A DNA stretch of 64,000 nt from Chrysomallon squamiferum (taxonomy: Eukaryota > Animalia > Mollusca): NCBI GenBank assembly GCA_012295275.1, contig CM022673.1:14942001-15006000 (forward strand). The letters are read 5' to 3'. Positions within the stretch are counted from its first letter, which is position 1, and each line of letters opens with the position of its first letter. The notes under the pieces are model-generated. The model worked only from the letters and a program-made list of their open reading frames with translations, searched no databases and had not been told where the DNA came from. Both the position numbers and the translations under genes were made by a program. This document shows, piece by piece, positions 22,796 to 42,851 of this stretch.

Positions 22796-23569
22796 TATGT
22801 TAGTATTGCTGTGCGTGCGCGTGTGCTATAACAATATGAGACAGAAAGAGAACAAAAAAAACAAAAACAACAACCCCCTCAAAAAAAAAAAAAAAAAGAA
22901 CAAAACAAAAACATATATGTTTCGCATCTTTATTATCTAAACTTCAAAATCAGTCTGACACAGAGTGAAATAAATACGCTCTACTTTGACCTCGTTGAAC
23001 AGTAAATAAATGCATGATTACACCACGACAGTGTTACCTTTGTGACGTCATAATGCACGTTTCTGATGATAAAAATAAATCTAAATTTTTATTTTTATTT
23101 TATCAGTATAAAGAAAGATTTTTTTTTTTTTTAAATGTTTTTTTTTTTTTTTTTTTTTTTTACTGCTTAGGAAACATGTTCGTGAACATATTGGTACAAG
23201 AGAACAAAGTTCAGCTATGACGTCACGACACTGGAACGAGCGGCGTGCAATCGCTCGCACTCCGAAACTGGACGACGAAACTCGACTGCCGAAACAATTC
23301 AAAAAAAAAAAAAAAAATTGCTAAGTAACCATGGGAAACCATCACTTCCTGCGAAGCACACTGTTCTTTGTGTTTTATCATTGTTGTTTGGATAGTTGTT
23401 AAATCGGGCAGTGACAGGTATTTATTTAGGAATGAACTGATTACTGTTTTAAGATAACAACTTTATCCTGCGAAGGTTAAAATACTTGAGACGGATAAAA
23501 GTGGTATCTTAGGTGAAACGAAAACCAGCAACTACACACTAAGTTTACATGAGCCGTAAACTACATATA

Positions 23570-23611
<42 letters not shown>

Positions 23612-23706
23612 GTTTTTTTGTTTTGTTGTTATTTTGAATTTTTTTTTTTTTTTTTTTTATCATCCCAGACACAGTGGAAATTTCACAGGCTGATCAATCA
23701 ACGAAG

Positions 23707-23738
<32 letters not shown>

Positions 23739-23762
23739 CGCACACGTGTGTATGTATGTGTG

Positions 23763-23802
<40 letters not shown>

Positions 23803-23996
23803 TACAACCATAAAACATGTATTAGAAAAATGACTAATAAGAAGATATATTAGCGCAGGTATACACTAACAATAAAACACCCTCCAGTCTTTCAGGAAAA
23901 CAGGATAAAATCGGATATCTTACATTGTCAAATGACTCGACTGTATCATTTTAACAAACGATGTACGTAGGTTGTATAAAAATCCCAACACAGTTA

Positions 23997-24111
23997 TTTT
24001 GCCGACGGAAAGTATTTTCATTACAGTCAGCTTGGAACAAGAAATGTATGTGTGTAATATGTATGCTGCATAAAAAGCCGATTTTTGCCGACGGACAGTA
24101 TTTTCATTACA
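23997..24111. repeat. Pair of ~30-bp direct repeats
   Basis: ttttgccgacgga(a/c)agtattttcattaca at 23997-24025 and 24083-24111. Confidence 0.8.
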
Positions 24112-24143
24112 AACAACTTGTTTTAAATGCACGCCCAGCTTAG

Positions 24144-24223
24144 TAATAACATACGCCTTCGTCTGCGACGTGTTAAAATGCAGATGTGAGTAGAAAGGTT
24201 GTGATCATTTTTAGTTTCTATTT

Positions 24224-24291
<68 letters not shown>

Positions 24292-24912
24292 GATAATGAA
24301 AATAATAATAATAATAATAACAATAATAATAATAGTAGTAGTAGTAGTAGCAGTAGTAGTAGTGGTAGTAGTAATGATAATGATCTTGATGATGATGATG
24401 ATAATAATAATAATAATAAAACAATTTTAGACTTGTAAAACCTGTTTTACTCCATTGTTGTAACGATGTCTCATCTACATTGGTGTCTCCATCAAACCAC
24501 ATGACTGTTGACATATAAATGGGTTGTTGTTTGTTTGTTTATTTGTTTGTTTTCTTCTTCTTCTAATAACGTACGCCTTCGTCTTTTTTAAAATTTTTAG
24601 AAAGGTTGTGATCATTTTATTTTCTATTTTTAATTAATAATTTAATAATAATAATAATAATGATTTTAATGATAATCATCAAATAATAATTTTAATCTTT
24701 AACAATTAAAATATTCTAATTAGCAGTAGTAAAGTGTAATGATAATGATCTTGATGAATGATGATAATAATAATAATAATAAAACAATTTTAGACTTGTA
24801 AATATGTTTTACGTTGTTGTAACGATTTCATCTAATTGGTGTCTCCATCAAACCACATGACTTTGACATATAAAATTGTTGTTTGTTTGTTTATTTGTTT
24901 GTTTTTCTTCTT
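24144..24912. repeat. Tandem duplication (~420 bp plus a ~350-bp deletion-rich copy)
   Basis: taataac.tacgccttcgtct...tagaaaggttgtgatcatttt...aaaacaattttagacttgtaaa...ggtgtctccatcaaaccacatgact...gtttgtttgtttatttgtttgttttt occurs at 24144-24562 and again at 24563-24912. Confidence 0.85.
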
Positions 24913-25654
24913 GTTTTTAATTTTTAATTTTTTTTTTTTTAAAATTATTTTTTTTTTTGTTTAGGGGTTTTATGACTCATCAAAATTTTTTTTTTTTTTT
25001 TTTATTCTAATTAGCAGAAAATTTTTTTTTTTCCAGTTAGTATTTTCTTTAAATATACGTGACACATTTATAATCTGGAGCCCCAGTCTTTCTAGACAAT
25101 TTAGATAGTTATAATTCAGTTAAAATAATATATTTCAAAATAGGCGTCATATGACTTGGTGATTTTTTTTTTTTTTTTTTTTTCATTTTATTTTTAATTT
25201 TTTTTTTTCCATTGTTTTTTCAAATCCCTGTCAGAAGTTCTTCTTTCTCTCTGTCAATTTGTCTGTGTGTATATAGACAGACAGATAAACAAACAGACAA
25301 ACAGACAAAGAGAGAGAAAGCAGAAGCTAGGCAGGTATGTTTTTACGTACGGACAGGAGGTAGGAGGACAGAGACGGAGAGAAAAAAGACAGAAAGAGAA
25401 TGGACAGTGTAAAGGTCAGCAGACATCTGACCACCAGGTGTTCAGCTGGTGACCACTCTCAAAATATCATTCTGCAGATTTATGTCATTTATTTCCGTCT
25501 TCTCGACTGATCGATCGGTTTAAATACGAATCCAAAAAAAAAAAAATTAACTAAACGGACTGACAGACTGCGAGACTGAAAAAAAACCCGACTAATTGTG
25601 AGACAGAAAGCGACAAGAAAGAAGGCAAAAAAGATGAGGGAGGGAAAAAGAGAG

Positions 25655-26634
<980 letters not shown>

Positions 26635-27698
26635 ATTTTAGACTGAACTAGAGTGATACAGACGTAATTATAACCAATTTATAAAACGTTTGACAGTTAC
26701 GAATGATATATGTTATATTAGTTTATTTTATGCACTGCACCACGATTTTACTGCATGTAAAGCCTCCGTTGATGTATGGATAAGTGTAATGTACGTGTAA
26801 TGTACGTGTAATGTACGTGTAACGAATACTTTTTGTAAACTTTATTATTAATCTGAATACGTTTCAACTGTATGTGATTTATTTTAGTTCACTAAAATTT
26901 TATATTTAATTAGAGAATATAGAAATATTCTTTGTTTTTTCGTTCATGTGATGGTCTATTCATTCAGACTTTTCATTTTTTTTGCATGTGTTTTACTTAT
27001 TGAACGTGCAAATCAGTATATTTGAAACTTTATATGTATCTTTGCATGCATATATGTATGCATGTATGTTTGTGTGTGTATATATGTATGTATTTATGTA
27101 TGCATATGTATGTATGTATATATATATATATGTAATACGTATATGTAGTAGCCTGTGTATATATGTGTGTATGTGTGTGTGTCTATATGTCTATACATAT
27201 ATATATATATATATGCACTTAATACCTTCTGGCTGTACCTCCTTGATATATATATATATATATATATATATCGACACACACATAAACACACACAGACACA
27301 TACACACAGACACATACACACACACACACACACACATACACACACCCTAACACCCTAAACACATCGCTGGTTGGGGAACGGTGACGCAAGGTGACTAAGA
27401 CTAAGCAACTCTTAAGGCAAAGATCAATAACATGATCCAGAATGCGCCGACTCTGCTAAACACCACTATCGATATTTTTCCAGACATGCGTAGTAAGCCT
27501 AGCCCGCCATCACATCTGCGTTGTGGCATAATTGATGAAAACAGTCGACAGCTGCCCGGAATATTCCTCGCTTTACCTCGTCCGTGTTCTGCATCCTAAC
27601 AACCAAGGTAAGCCCGAAACGAGTTATCAGAGGTTACGGTGTTACCCTTAATTCACCCCCTGTGATATTTGTTTACCTTGTTGAATCAGAGATGGGTA

Positions 27699-27772
<74 letters not shown>

Positions 27773-28507
27773 TGTGAATGCATGTTTTATTTTTATTTTT
27801 TTTGGATAATCGTAGACTGGTGTAATGTCTACTGACTAATGTCCTCTAGTAACGAACAGACTGGTTCCTGTTTAAATGTATTTTGTATTGCTGCTGTTAT
27901 TATTATGCAACGCACTCTAAACATATATACCAGTATATTTATATATTTATCTTATTTTCGTTCTGTTATCGTCTGTCTCGACAAATTGTAGATTATCGTT
28001 TGGTATCTTGTTAATGTTATCGGTGCTCTATGTCAAAGCGCCCCAGCGCGAAAGAGCAAATTCATTATTTAGATGCATTGTCTAGTTGCCCTGGAAGTGC
28101 GCCATTGCGGTACTTAGTGGTATTGTAATGCTGTGTCATCTTTGTCTAAGAATGGAAAAAAACAAATCGTAATTTTTTTTATATCGTTATGATGTTAAGC
28201 GTAGTGCGAGATATCAATATCGGTTCTAGAAATTAGATGCTAATTAGAAAATAATTTTATTTTTGTCTTTAAATTAAATAAATTAATACGTAAATATATA
28301 AATAAATAAAAATAAATAAATAAACACGTAAATAAATATATTCTTAAATAAATAAATTATATTAAAAATCATAAAAATTTGAAATAATATTTTAATTGCT
28401 TTACAGCCTGTTATAAAAATAAAATAAAATAAAACGGAATCATGCACAAAATAAATGAATAAAAGCAGATGCCGAAATACACAAAGCCTTCCTCGCATTT
28501 TCTCCAC

Positions 28508-28539
<32 letters not shown>

Positions 28540-30589
28540 AATGATAATAATAATGATTATAAAACATATATATGTTTTATCAGCAGATTCTATTGTTTAA
28601 TACACTGTGATCTCCCCTGACCCAGTTTATATCATTTAAGTATTTTACATATTCATATACACTTACATGATGACTTACAGACAGACAGACAGACATATTC
28701 ATGATACTTACTTACATACATATATAATACTTACATACAAGCATACATACATACATACATACATACATGCACACACACACACACACACACACGCACACAT
28801 AAGCACTCACTCACTCACGCACTACAGATACAACATGATTATAAACAAACCCAAGTAAACCTCGTATATATTTACATTACGTGTAGCTACACCAAACAAT
28901 TCCTGCAGGATCAACTCTTCTTGGTGCTTTCATTACGTTATTTCTAATTCCAACCATTGCTCTATGAATAAATAATGAACAACTGTGCTGCACGGTTTCC
29001 TGTCTGTTGGAATGTACATAAAATAAAACAACAGCAGTGATCCTTGAAATATGCCAGCATCAGCAAGTTATCTCCCTAATTACAAGAATTACCTCCCTTT
29101 TGTTAATTTCCTTTTTTTTTTCCATAGCCACCATATCGGTTTAGTTATTTTTGTAATAATAATAATAATAATAAATAAATAAATAAATAAATAGGAATGT
29201 CCTAGTGCAAAATAGATTCTAATTTCCCCAGAAATACCTACGAGAGACGATCGCCATATTCAGATAGATCGCTACATTTATTTATTTCTATTTTTTTTCT
29301 TCTAAATATAAGGTTAAATTCATTATCGGTAATCTATCAAATTAATCGGTAATGAACAGAAATCATTTCTCTTGATGCGTGCATCGGTGAATTGATTTTA
29401 TTATATATATGACCTTTTGTTGAAGCAGAATAGTTTTATTTGTGCTTAATTAATCGTCGACCTAATCGTAAAAGTACATAAAACACTATCTTTATAGCCA
29501 CAAATACGATAGTGCGGTCGTTTATCTTTTGCATTCTAAACCGTTTCCTAGCAACCGCTGAAAGGAACACTGCCTAATAAGTTTAGGTGTGTTATATTGT
29601 ATGGGTCATCTTCTTACTATTACAAATATGTTGATACTGCGTTAAATAAACATATTTTTCATTCATTCATTTAATAATATATTCATTCATTTACTCTTTC
29701 AAATATTCATCCATATATTCGTGTATTTTTTCTTATTGTTCATTCATTTATTAAATGATTTATTTATTTCTTTGCTCATCCATTGATTGATTAATTCATT
29801 TATTCATTCAAATTCCGTGTATTTATTAATTTATTCATTTATATAATTATTCATTATGACCCTTAACCATGTACATAATTACTAATATTGAACGCCTTGG
29901 AAACTAAAATATGTTTCCCTTCATTCGTCTATCTATCCATTTAGTTATTCATCCATCCTTCCATCCATCCATCCATTCATCCATCCACCAATCCATTCTT
30001 CCATTTATTCGTTTACTCGTTTATTCATTTTTTTCATTCCGATCCATCAATTTATTCATTTGTTCATTTATTAATGTTTCTATTCACCATACATTTATTA
30101 ACTTTTTCGATGCACAGTAAATATTCCATGTTAATCCAGGAATATGATCTTTTCACACACATCAAGAACATTCTGCTTACGTCAGAATAGAAAGGGAAAT
30201 CTGTTACTGAACACAGGTACACGAAACTCTGTAGTTTCTCTGTTGGAAGTGTCGCTTTGAGTTCTGGTTGGTTATTTCACTCTGTTGTGTCGAGTCTAAA
30301 ACACAGCATAGCGGTAAAAGCACAGGCTTGTCTTCTCATTTCCACTTCATTTTCAGTTAAGGTTAAAAATAGCTTTCCAGTGAAGAATTAAGGACGAGGA
30401 GGAAGAGATGATAATGATGATGATGATGATAATGGTGATGATGATGAAATTTATTTTACTTTGCTTTACATATTTGCATACATACATAGTATACATATAT
30501 AAATACATACATACATATATACATACATATAAACACACATACACACATACATATTTGCATGTACACACACGAACACACATATATGCAAT

Positions 30590-30880
30590 ACTATACTAGA
30601 CTATACTATACCACACTATGCTACGATATGCTATACAATATTATATTATATTATGCTATGCTATTCTATATAATAAGTTGCTATACCATACTGTGTAATA
30701 TTGTGCCATTTTATATAATATAGTAGTGTATAATAACTTAACAGAACTGGCCCATACCGTATTATATTACAATTATAATATTAATATATTATATTATATT
30801 ATATTATATTATATTATATTATATTATATTATATTATATTATATTATATTATATTTTATTATATTATATTATATTATTCT
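30590..30880. repeat. Pentamer microsatellite (ATATT)n with a degenerate pentamer flank
   Basis: Near-perfect (atatt)n at ~30785-30880, preceded by diverged ctata/ctatg pentamers. Confidence 0.8.
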
Positions 30881-32007
30881 GATGTTAGAATTCTGATTAA
30901 AAAATAAAATAAAAAATAAAGACACCTAAAGTGGGCCTCGCAATTTGCCTCTCTTGTAACTGTTGGATTATAGATTTGTATATATGAGTCATGACATAGG
31001 TATGTATTAATCTATATCATATGACTGTTTAATATTGCTATGGTATAGTTTTACTGATATCTGGGACAGGATATATGAAATGATAAAACCTTGTACAAAT
31101 AAAATATAAACCGTTTCTGTGGAGAGTGTAATTGGCGACAAAAATCGTATCAGCTGGACTGAAAAATACGTGTGTGTGTGTGTGTGTGTGTATATGTAAA
31201 TACACACACACACAAAACACACAAACACACACACACACATATATATACATATACATACAAACACACACACACACACACACAAAACACACAAACACACACA
31301 CACACATATATATACATACATACACAACAAACACACACATACATGCATGTGTTTTCATTAAATATTAATACAGTCGAGATACTGTTCGTCAGTTCCACGT
31401 AGGTTCTACTCAGTAACTTTTTAACCTCATCCTCTTTTCAGAAACAAAAAAATAAAAAATAAAGATATTTTCATTTGCTGTCCCAGGCACAATCTGAACG
31501 CAAATAGATCACCCTTCATAGGAGCTTGTCTTGCAGTTTTCCTATCGCTTGCAAAACGTTAATCTGACATGACATTTCCACCGAACAAATCCATTTGCTT
31601 GTTTCACCCTGCCTCGTTCCACACAAACATTCAGCAGCATCAAGCCTGAAAGTAAAGCTATTTGATTATGGCTGCCTCAACTCCAATTATTACGACTTCA
31701 TTTCGCGTCGGTTGGTGCAGAATATGCTTCTTCACACCAAAATAGCTATTTCAAGAATTTAATACAACGATTGATAGGTTTTTCTCACGACGGTTGTTCC
31801 CGAAGGTTGGTGCTCTTGGGATAAATTTGGAAAGTTAATAAATAGATGTTTCTAATTTTAAACTAATAAAATGCAGAGATTTCGACTGATACTAGCAAAA
31901 GTAAATGGAATTAACTGACTGGTCTATCGATCCAGATTCCTCAGCAAATGCCCACGTGCGGAAGGTTATCGGTTCGATTGTGTCACTGTGTTTTATTACT
32001 AGGACAT

Positions 32008-32068
32008 TTTGGTTAGGTCATCAGCTAAAACTTTGGTAGGTGTCTGGTTCGATTCTCCATACCACCAC
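32008..32068 (+). mobile_element. tRNA-derived SINE-like remnant
   Basis: tggttaggtcatcagct...ggtgtctGGTTCGATTCtcca: A-box-like start and B-box at tRNA-like spacing, but no intact stems. Confidence 0.3.
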
Positions 32069-32711
32069 TTACTTAAAGTTAACTGAAGAAGTGTAAAACC
32101 AACAGTTCATTTCTTTTTGGGTTTATTCTTCTTATTATTATTTTATTTTTTTTTTGTTTTTAAATAAAAAATTCTATAACATTAATTCTAGCATGATTTG
32201 ACTCGTTCAAACTTCTAAAGATATAAATACATTTCAAATGATTAACTGATATTAGATATTTTTTATTTTATTTTATTTACATTCTTTACGTTTAGTGTAA
32301 ATGTGTATGTGTGTGTGTGTCTGTGTGTTTTTATCTGCATATTTTTATCTTTGTATCTTTACCTATGTATATTGTGCATGTGTGACTATATATACATATG
32401 TATATATGTATGTATGTATCTATGTATGTATGTATGTATGTATGTATGTATGTATGTATGTATGTGTGTGTGTGTGTGTGTGTTTGTTGTTTGTGCGTAT
32501 ATCTCGTGTCATATCATGTTTCATTAATTTAAATTATAGAGAACCACAGCCTCAAATCAAACTAAATGTAATTAATAATTAACAAAGGCGATTTGCTAAT
32601 TTTTAAAAATATCAGACAACTTAATAATTTAATTATACAGCATTTTTCTTTCCTGTTTGATTTTCCCTTAACCATTTGGATTCATTACAGTTTGAAATAT
32701 TTTCTTAAGAC

Positions 32712-32768
<57 letters not shown>

Positions 32769-33288
32769 TTAATAATAATAGTAATAACGAAGAAGATAAT
32801 AATGATGATAATGAGAAGAAGAAGAAGAAGAAGAAGAAAAGCATCGTAATTTACTGCATTAAGCATTCATAAAAGCCTGTTAAACCTAAACATATATAAT
32901 TTACTACTTTAGGCATTAACAGTCCATTAAACCTCAGTTTTCACAATCACACACGTAATATATTTATTACATTAAAACTGTCACTAAAGCGTTCATGGTC
33001 CATTGAAATAAAGCATTCATGGTCCGTTTCACGAAAACATTTATGCGCCAACAAGTCTACAGCGGTCATAGTCCACCGCACAAAAATGTTCGTGGGCAAT
33101 CCCACATAATAAATTAATAGCCTATAATATAGAAAATCCTTTCCTATTATAAATAATTATTAACCACGTCAATTACGCTTTACAGTCATTGGGCATGTTA
33201 ATTTGAAAAAAAAAAAAAAAAACCATTAAAAGTTAAAAGATTTTTTTTTTTTTTTTCTTTTCTTTCCAGGCTGAAATAACTGTGCGGG

Positions 33289-37051
<3,763 letters not shown>

Positions 37052-38933
37052 AATAACTAAGCTTGTTTAAGATTGTTCTTTTTGCTGATGCCAGGAGTTT
37101 TGTTGGAGCAGTTATTATTTTCATCTTACTCTTTAATGATGCTCAATCGAATCGGATACCAGCAGAGAAAAGAAAAATGAAAAACCTGAACTGAACATTC
37201 TCAATATCTCTGTTCAATTTATTTAATAAACCTATGTTTTGCCGTTGTCACAACAACAATGAAATTCTAAATCACGCATTAGCAAAGGGAGATAATAAAT
37301 AAAATACAGAAAGTAATATATTTTAACATCTAAAAATAACTGTAATAATTAATGAGAACTCTTCTAGATGGGGGAAAAAAATAAGAAGAAACTTAAAGGG
37401 AGATTACTCTTTGACATACGACACATAATTCCTATTTAGAAGGCTTGATTAAGAAAACCACATAGGATAAATTGAGTGATAAGCTTTTTGTGGCTGTTAC
37501 TGTTAAATGCAGTCGTCTTAATATAAAATGTTTAGCTACTTTTGATGTTGCAACTTCACCATGAAAATGAAAAACAGTAGCACAAAAATCAGTGAAATTT
37601 TCCAGAAGAAAAGAAAAATATGACAGAAATTTATAGTGTATATTTACTGTGGCTTAATTAATTAATTTGTTAATATTATTTTATTTTTGCTACATATATC
37701 TGCAAGAATGTAAAATTTGTATCATGCATTGCTACTTAAGTTATGTAAATTTTATTTAAGATCTCTTTCACAAACAATAATAATAAAAATAATCTAAATA
37801 GTTTGGAAGGTCGTTTTCTTGAAAAATTGATAAATGATAATGGAGGTCTAGAAATTAAAACGTCCCTCTGCCTCTTGCTGATAACCTAATTTTGGTACTG
37901 TAGTGTAATTTCACCCATAACATTAACAGAATAAATACAAGCAATAATACTTCTATTTTTCTCAAATCCCCCCCTTCAACTCCTACTCCTTCATCTCCCC
38001 CTGCTACTACTACTACTACTACTACTACTACTGTTACCAATGATACTATTACTATTAGTATTACAATAATAATAACAACAAAAACAACAATAATAATACC
38101 TTAGGTTTTTTGTTTTTGTAACGGAGATTAGAAGGGATTATTTATTTGTTTATACACATATTACTTTATTTATTACTTAATATCAAATCCGTGTTCTAAT
38201 GTATAATTTAATATATATGTAAATGTTACTAAATACATCAATATCTAATTCCAAAATAATACATTTTTTTTAAAAACTAGTAAAGTTCAAAAAAAAAAAA
38301 AAAATGATAATAAAAAAAAAATAATAAAATAAAATAAAATAAAATAAAATAAAATAAAAATTAAAGAACAAAAACAAAAAAGAATTACCTGGATACATTC
38401 GGTTTGACTGATCGTGACCTTTTAATAAATAAATTTACTTTTCTTCAGGAGATGCATTCCGCGGAATCTCAGTATTTTTCAACAGATTTGTTTTGATATT
38501 TTTTGTATATAGAGTGAGTACCTAGACTTACGCACAACCTCCTGTCTTAAATATAGGATTTGACTATGGCAGAGCAACTTTGTAGTAAATGTATGTTATT
38601 AATATTACGAACGTTACTACGTACACAGACTGGGGGTGGGGGAGAAGAAGAAGAAGAAGAATAAGATATATTACTGCTTTTGTTTCTCGTATAAAAAATA
38701 TTTTGAGTATTTAATATTCATTTTTCGTATTTTGTTAAAGTATTTGTTTCGTTTTGCAAGATAAAATGAAATTTTGTTTCAAGTATTTGTCACAAATAAA
38801 AGTTAAAATAGTATTTAGTGATACATGTATTTTTAGCTTCTGTTTATTTAATTATTTATTTATTTTATTTTTCTTTATTGATAGTTTATGGATTTGTCTG
38901 ACTGACAACCTGTCTAGCTATATCTCTGTTTTC

Positions 38934-38986
<53 letters not shown>

Positions 38987-40032
38987 GTCTACGTATATAT
39001 AAAAATATATATTTCCAAAATATTATTATAATTGCTATTATTGCCATAGCTGCTTGTGTAATATTATGTGTATTTATAGACAGCAAATGTAACTTGCAAT
39101 AACACTAGGTGGTGTTGGCGTGTTTGTAAGAGAGGAAAAGATATTTTTTCATTATGCAAAAAGGAAATGTTAGGACACTCTGTTAAGAGTTATTTGTACA
39201 ATTGTTGTGAATGCGAACAAATGACTACAGTCTTGTTAAATCGAATGCTTAAAAGTATATGATCATTGTGTGTTATTTATTTATTTATATAATTACCCAT
39301 GCCATCAGTCTGCTTACAAATTAACAAGCTTTTTGTGATCGTAAAATAATCTTTTTCCCCCGTAGAATAAATGTATACAAAATATAAAATTTCAATATGG
39401 ATGTCTATTTTGTTGTGTGCAAATATACATTTCATGACATGACGCATATTATAATGACGCAATACTGTTCCGCCGTGACGTCAAATTACTTTTTTTTGGT
39501 ATATAGCAAAACTGATTTATTTAAATAATTCTATAAATCTGTCAGGAAATTTTAAACAAAGGTTGTGTTCTTAAGATGGCATAACGTATTCTATATTTGA
39601 ATAACTTGTTAGTATATTTTTTAAAAAAAGGTTATTTTTATTTTTTTTATTTTTTTTATTTTTTTTCTGTTTGTTTCTGTAAGTAAATATAAGTAGGAGG
39701 ACACATTATTATTATTATTATTATTACCAAATGTTTTATGCAGATTACATACGCATGATCGAATGCAATCAATCCAGTAACTATCTATCTATCTATATGC
39801 ATCGATCCGCTGTCTGTCAGGTTATCTATCTATAGCTATAATCTGTGTGTAGGATACATATATCTGTTTGTCTGCCTACCTACCTTTCTTTCTGTCTGTC
39901 TGTCATTCACTATCTATCCATTTATCCATCCATCCAATTATCAGTCTATTAATTTATCTCTGTCTATCTAATGTTCTAGCTGTCTGTTTATTTATCTTTC
40001 TGACAATGATTTATCTTTAGTTATCTGTCCAT

Positions 40033-40071
<39 letters not shown>

Positions 40072-40246
40072 TACTCACATGTGTACTAAAAGATACTGTT
40101 TATTTGGCCATGTGCCTCACTAGTTTCTTATGTAAAGGCCTTATTTGTCAGTGTATGTTTCCAAATATGACATTGCTTAAAAATAAAGAACATATTGCAA
40201 TTCAAAATGATGAGGTTGCTTTTTATTATTTAAAGAGAAAAAAACC

Positions 40247-40296
<50 letters not shown>

Positions 40297-40329
40297 TACA
40301 TACATATAATATATATATACAGACAAACT

Positions 40330-40423
<94 letters not shown>

Positions 40424-40859
40424 AAGTTCAATGCATACTGATATCAGTATAATATTCCCATGAGAGAAAATTTGTCAAACATCTGCTTACACAAAAATGT
40501 CTACGAAAACAGACCTAAAATGACGAGTGAGTACCTCTGTTATCAATACACCATGAAATCGAAGTCAAAAGTTTACATCATTTTGACAACATACTATGTC
40601 AGCTCCTCGAAAAAAAAAAAAAAAAAAAAAAATTACTGATATCAGTGATGCACTATGTAAAAATTGTATTAAACTCGATTAACCTACGGTTTGCCATCCG
40701 GATCTTCATTCAGTAAGTCGTCCACTGATACGAGCCATAATAGTACGGTTGGCCTTTCGGGTCATAATCATACCGTTCAGTCGTTAAGGTCATAATTCAC
40801 TATGGTCCTCCAAAAGTCTACCATAATTTTGTAGCAGACGACACCAGATCTTGACTGTA

Positions 40860-41100
40860 AAATTGTAGCTTCAACAAAGGCCTCCTGTTCTCTCTTAATT
40901 ATATGTATGAATTTAAAAATGTTGGGGTGACTGCTGCTCATCATCTTGAATGCCATCCCTCAACGTGATTCGTAGTATTGTCCCATTTTTTTCGACGTCG
41001 TTCCACACTTTTTCACCGTGAGATTCAATCCACGGTTCGGTGACATTGTCCGCAAACCTTAAAACTTGTGAATTTTCTAGACTGGCTTGGATTATGAGTA
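40860..41100 (-). mobile_element. Decayed Mutator-like (MULE) transposase C-terminal fragment
   Basis: Three segments joined across two frameshifts, with stops: RFADNVTEPWIESHGEKVWND / TTNHVEGWHSR** / SHPNIFKFIHIIKREQ. This matches the animal MULE pattern F..Y...TW....WN...RTNN..EGWH...HPNIW.FI..L..EQ. Confidence 0.75.
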
Positions 41101-41965
41101 AATGTTCACTTTGATGACACTGACTGTAGCGTTCAATCCTATCACTTAACCCTTACAAATCCCTACAGAATCAGGGCACAGCGAGGTTAAACCAGAAAAA
41201 GAAGAAAGAAAGAAATCGTCAAACTGATAAAACTATTACTAAAATTCTTTACAATTAAGAGTGACGTAATATTAAATAATAGATCTAAATTAAGATTTCA
41301 GACACGCTACATCACAAAGGTGTTCAATCTTGTGTGAACAAAAAGAACACTAACATCGTAGGATTGTACAAACTTTTATCTGCTTATAGCTGACAACTTT
41401 TGTGATAGAACACCAAAACAAAGACGAAGGAAATGGCTTAGAACGAAAACACGGTAATGAAATCAAATAGAACGTTTTATTATTATTATTGTTGTTGTTG
41501 TTGTTGTATAAATGATTTTATTTATTTATTTATTGGTTTGTTTGTTTGGTTATTTGTTGCCAAATAATTTTACTATTTCAGGTTTTTTAAATGTTAATTA
41601 TTCTATAAAAGTGAGAATTTTTTTTTACTAAGCAAAATTAAAACAAAAAATAGATTTATTACCTTTGTTAATGCTATACCATATGCATTAATCTATAGGT
41701 GGATGTCTCTTAAAATAACATAGCAACGTCGTTCGAAATGTATATATTATGACGTCATATCCTTTCATAATTTCGCAAAATGTAATGACGTACCAAAGCT
41801 TTTCTACAAACCAAGCTTATAACTTTTAAAATATACACACACACACACACACACACACATACACACACACACACACACACATATATATACATACACATAC
41901 ATACAAACATACACATAGACATAGAAATAGACATATATATATATATACATACATATACATATATA

Positions 41966-42011
<46 letters not shown>

Positions 42012-42059
42012 TACATATACATATATATACATACAAACATACACACACACACACAAACA

Positions 42060-42094
<35 letters not shown>

Positions 42095-42793
42095 GTATGT
42101 ATGTATTTTAATGAAACGTATTTCGGTAATTTTAATTATCGGTTCAAAAAAAATAAAATAAAATAACGTAAATATACTCATAAATTGATAGCGATCCATT
42201 CGGTGGAAGTTTCATGAGAAAACAAAACAAAATGTCAGCCTACAGTTAAAATATAAATTTTACAATTTTAATACATTAAACTGCTTAAAACGGCTATTAT
42301 TTTGAATAATCTCCTTCTTTGTAATGTAATATTAATTTGGTAAAAATTACTAAACAATAAGTTTAATAAATTTTAATTTTAATATATTTATAAAATAAAG
42401 TTCAAGAAATTATCGTCTGCTTAGAAAGATGTTTCGATAAACTTCGATCCTTGGTTTCGTTCACACAGCATTTGGGCGAGACTAACATTCTGGAATGTGA
42501 GGCTACTGCACTGAACTACGCAATTACATTATTATTATTGTTATCATTATTATATAATACGCCCTTGTTCTGTCAATGGTTTAGTCTAAAAGACGAGTTA
42601 ACACTTGTGGATTATACAGTTAAACCATAAGCATGTAATATCGTAGACATTTATCTGTATAGCCACGTACATTTAACTCTCCTACCTTATTTCATGTTCA
42701 TCAATTTCATGTATGTCACAGGTGGGTCGTACTTGGGTTTTCTTTTTTATCAATATTTATGTGAATAGCGATAAACGTATTTATGTTCTGATT

Positions 42794-42851
<58 letters not shown>

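Noticed and set aside
27432-27612. 55-codon ORF followed by a strong donor aag|gtaagc
   Set aside because: No recognisable protein and no partner coding exon. It might be a non-coding exon, but that cannot be supported without transcripts.
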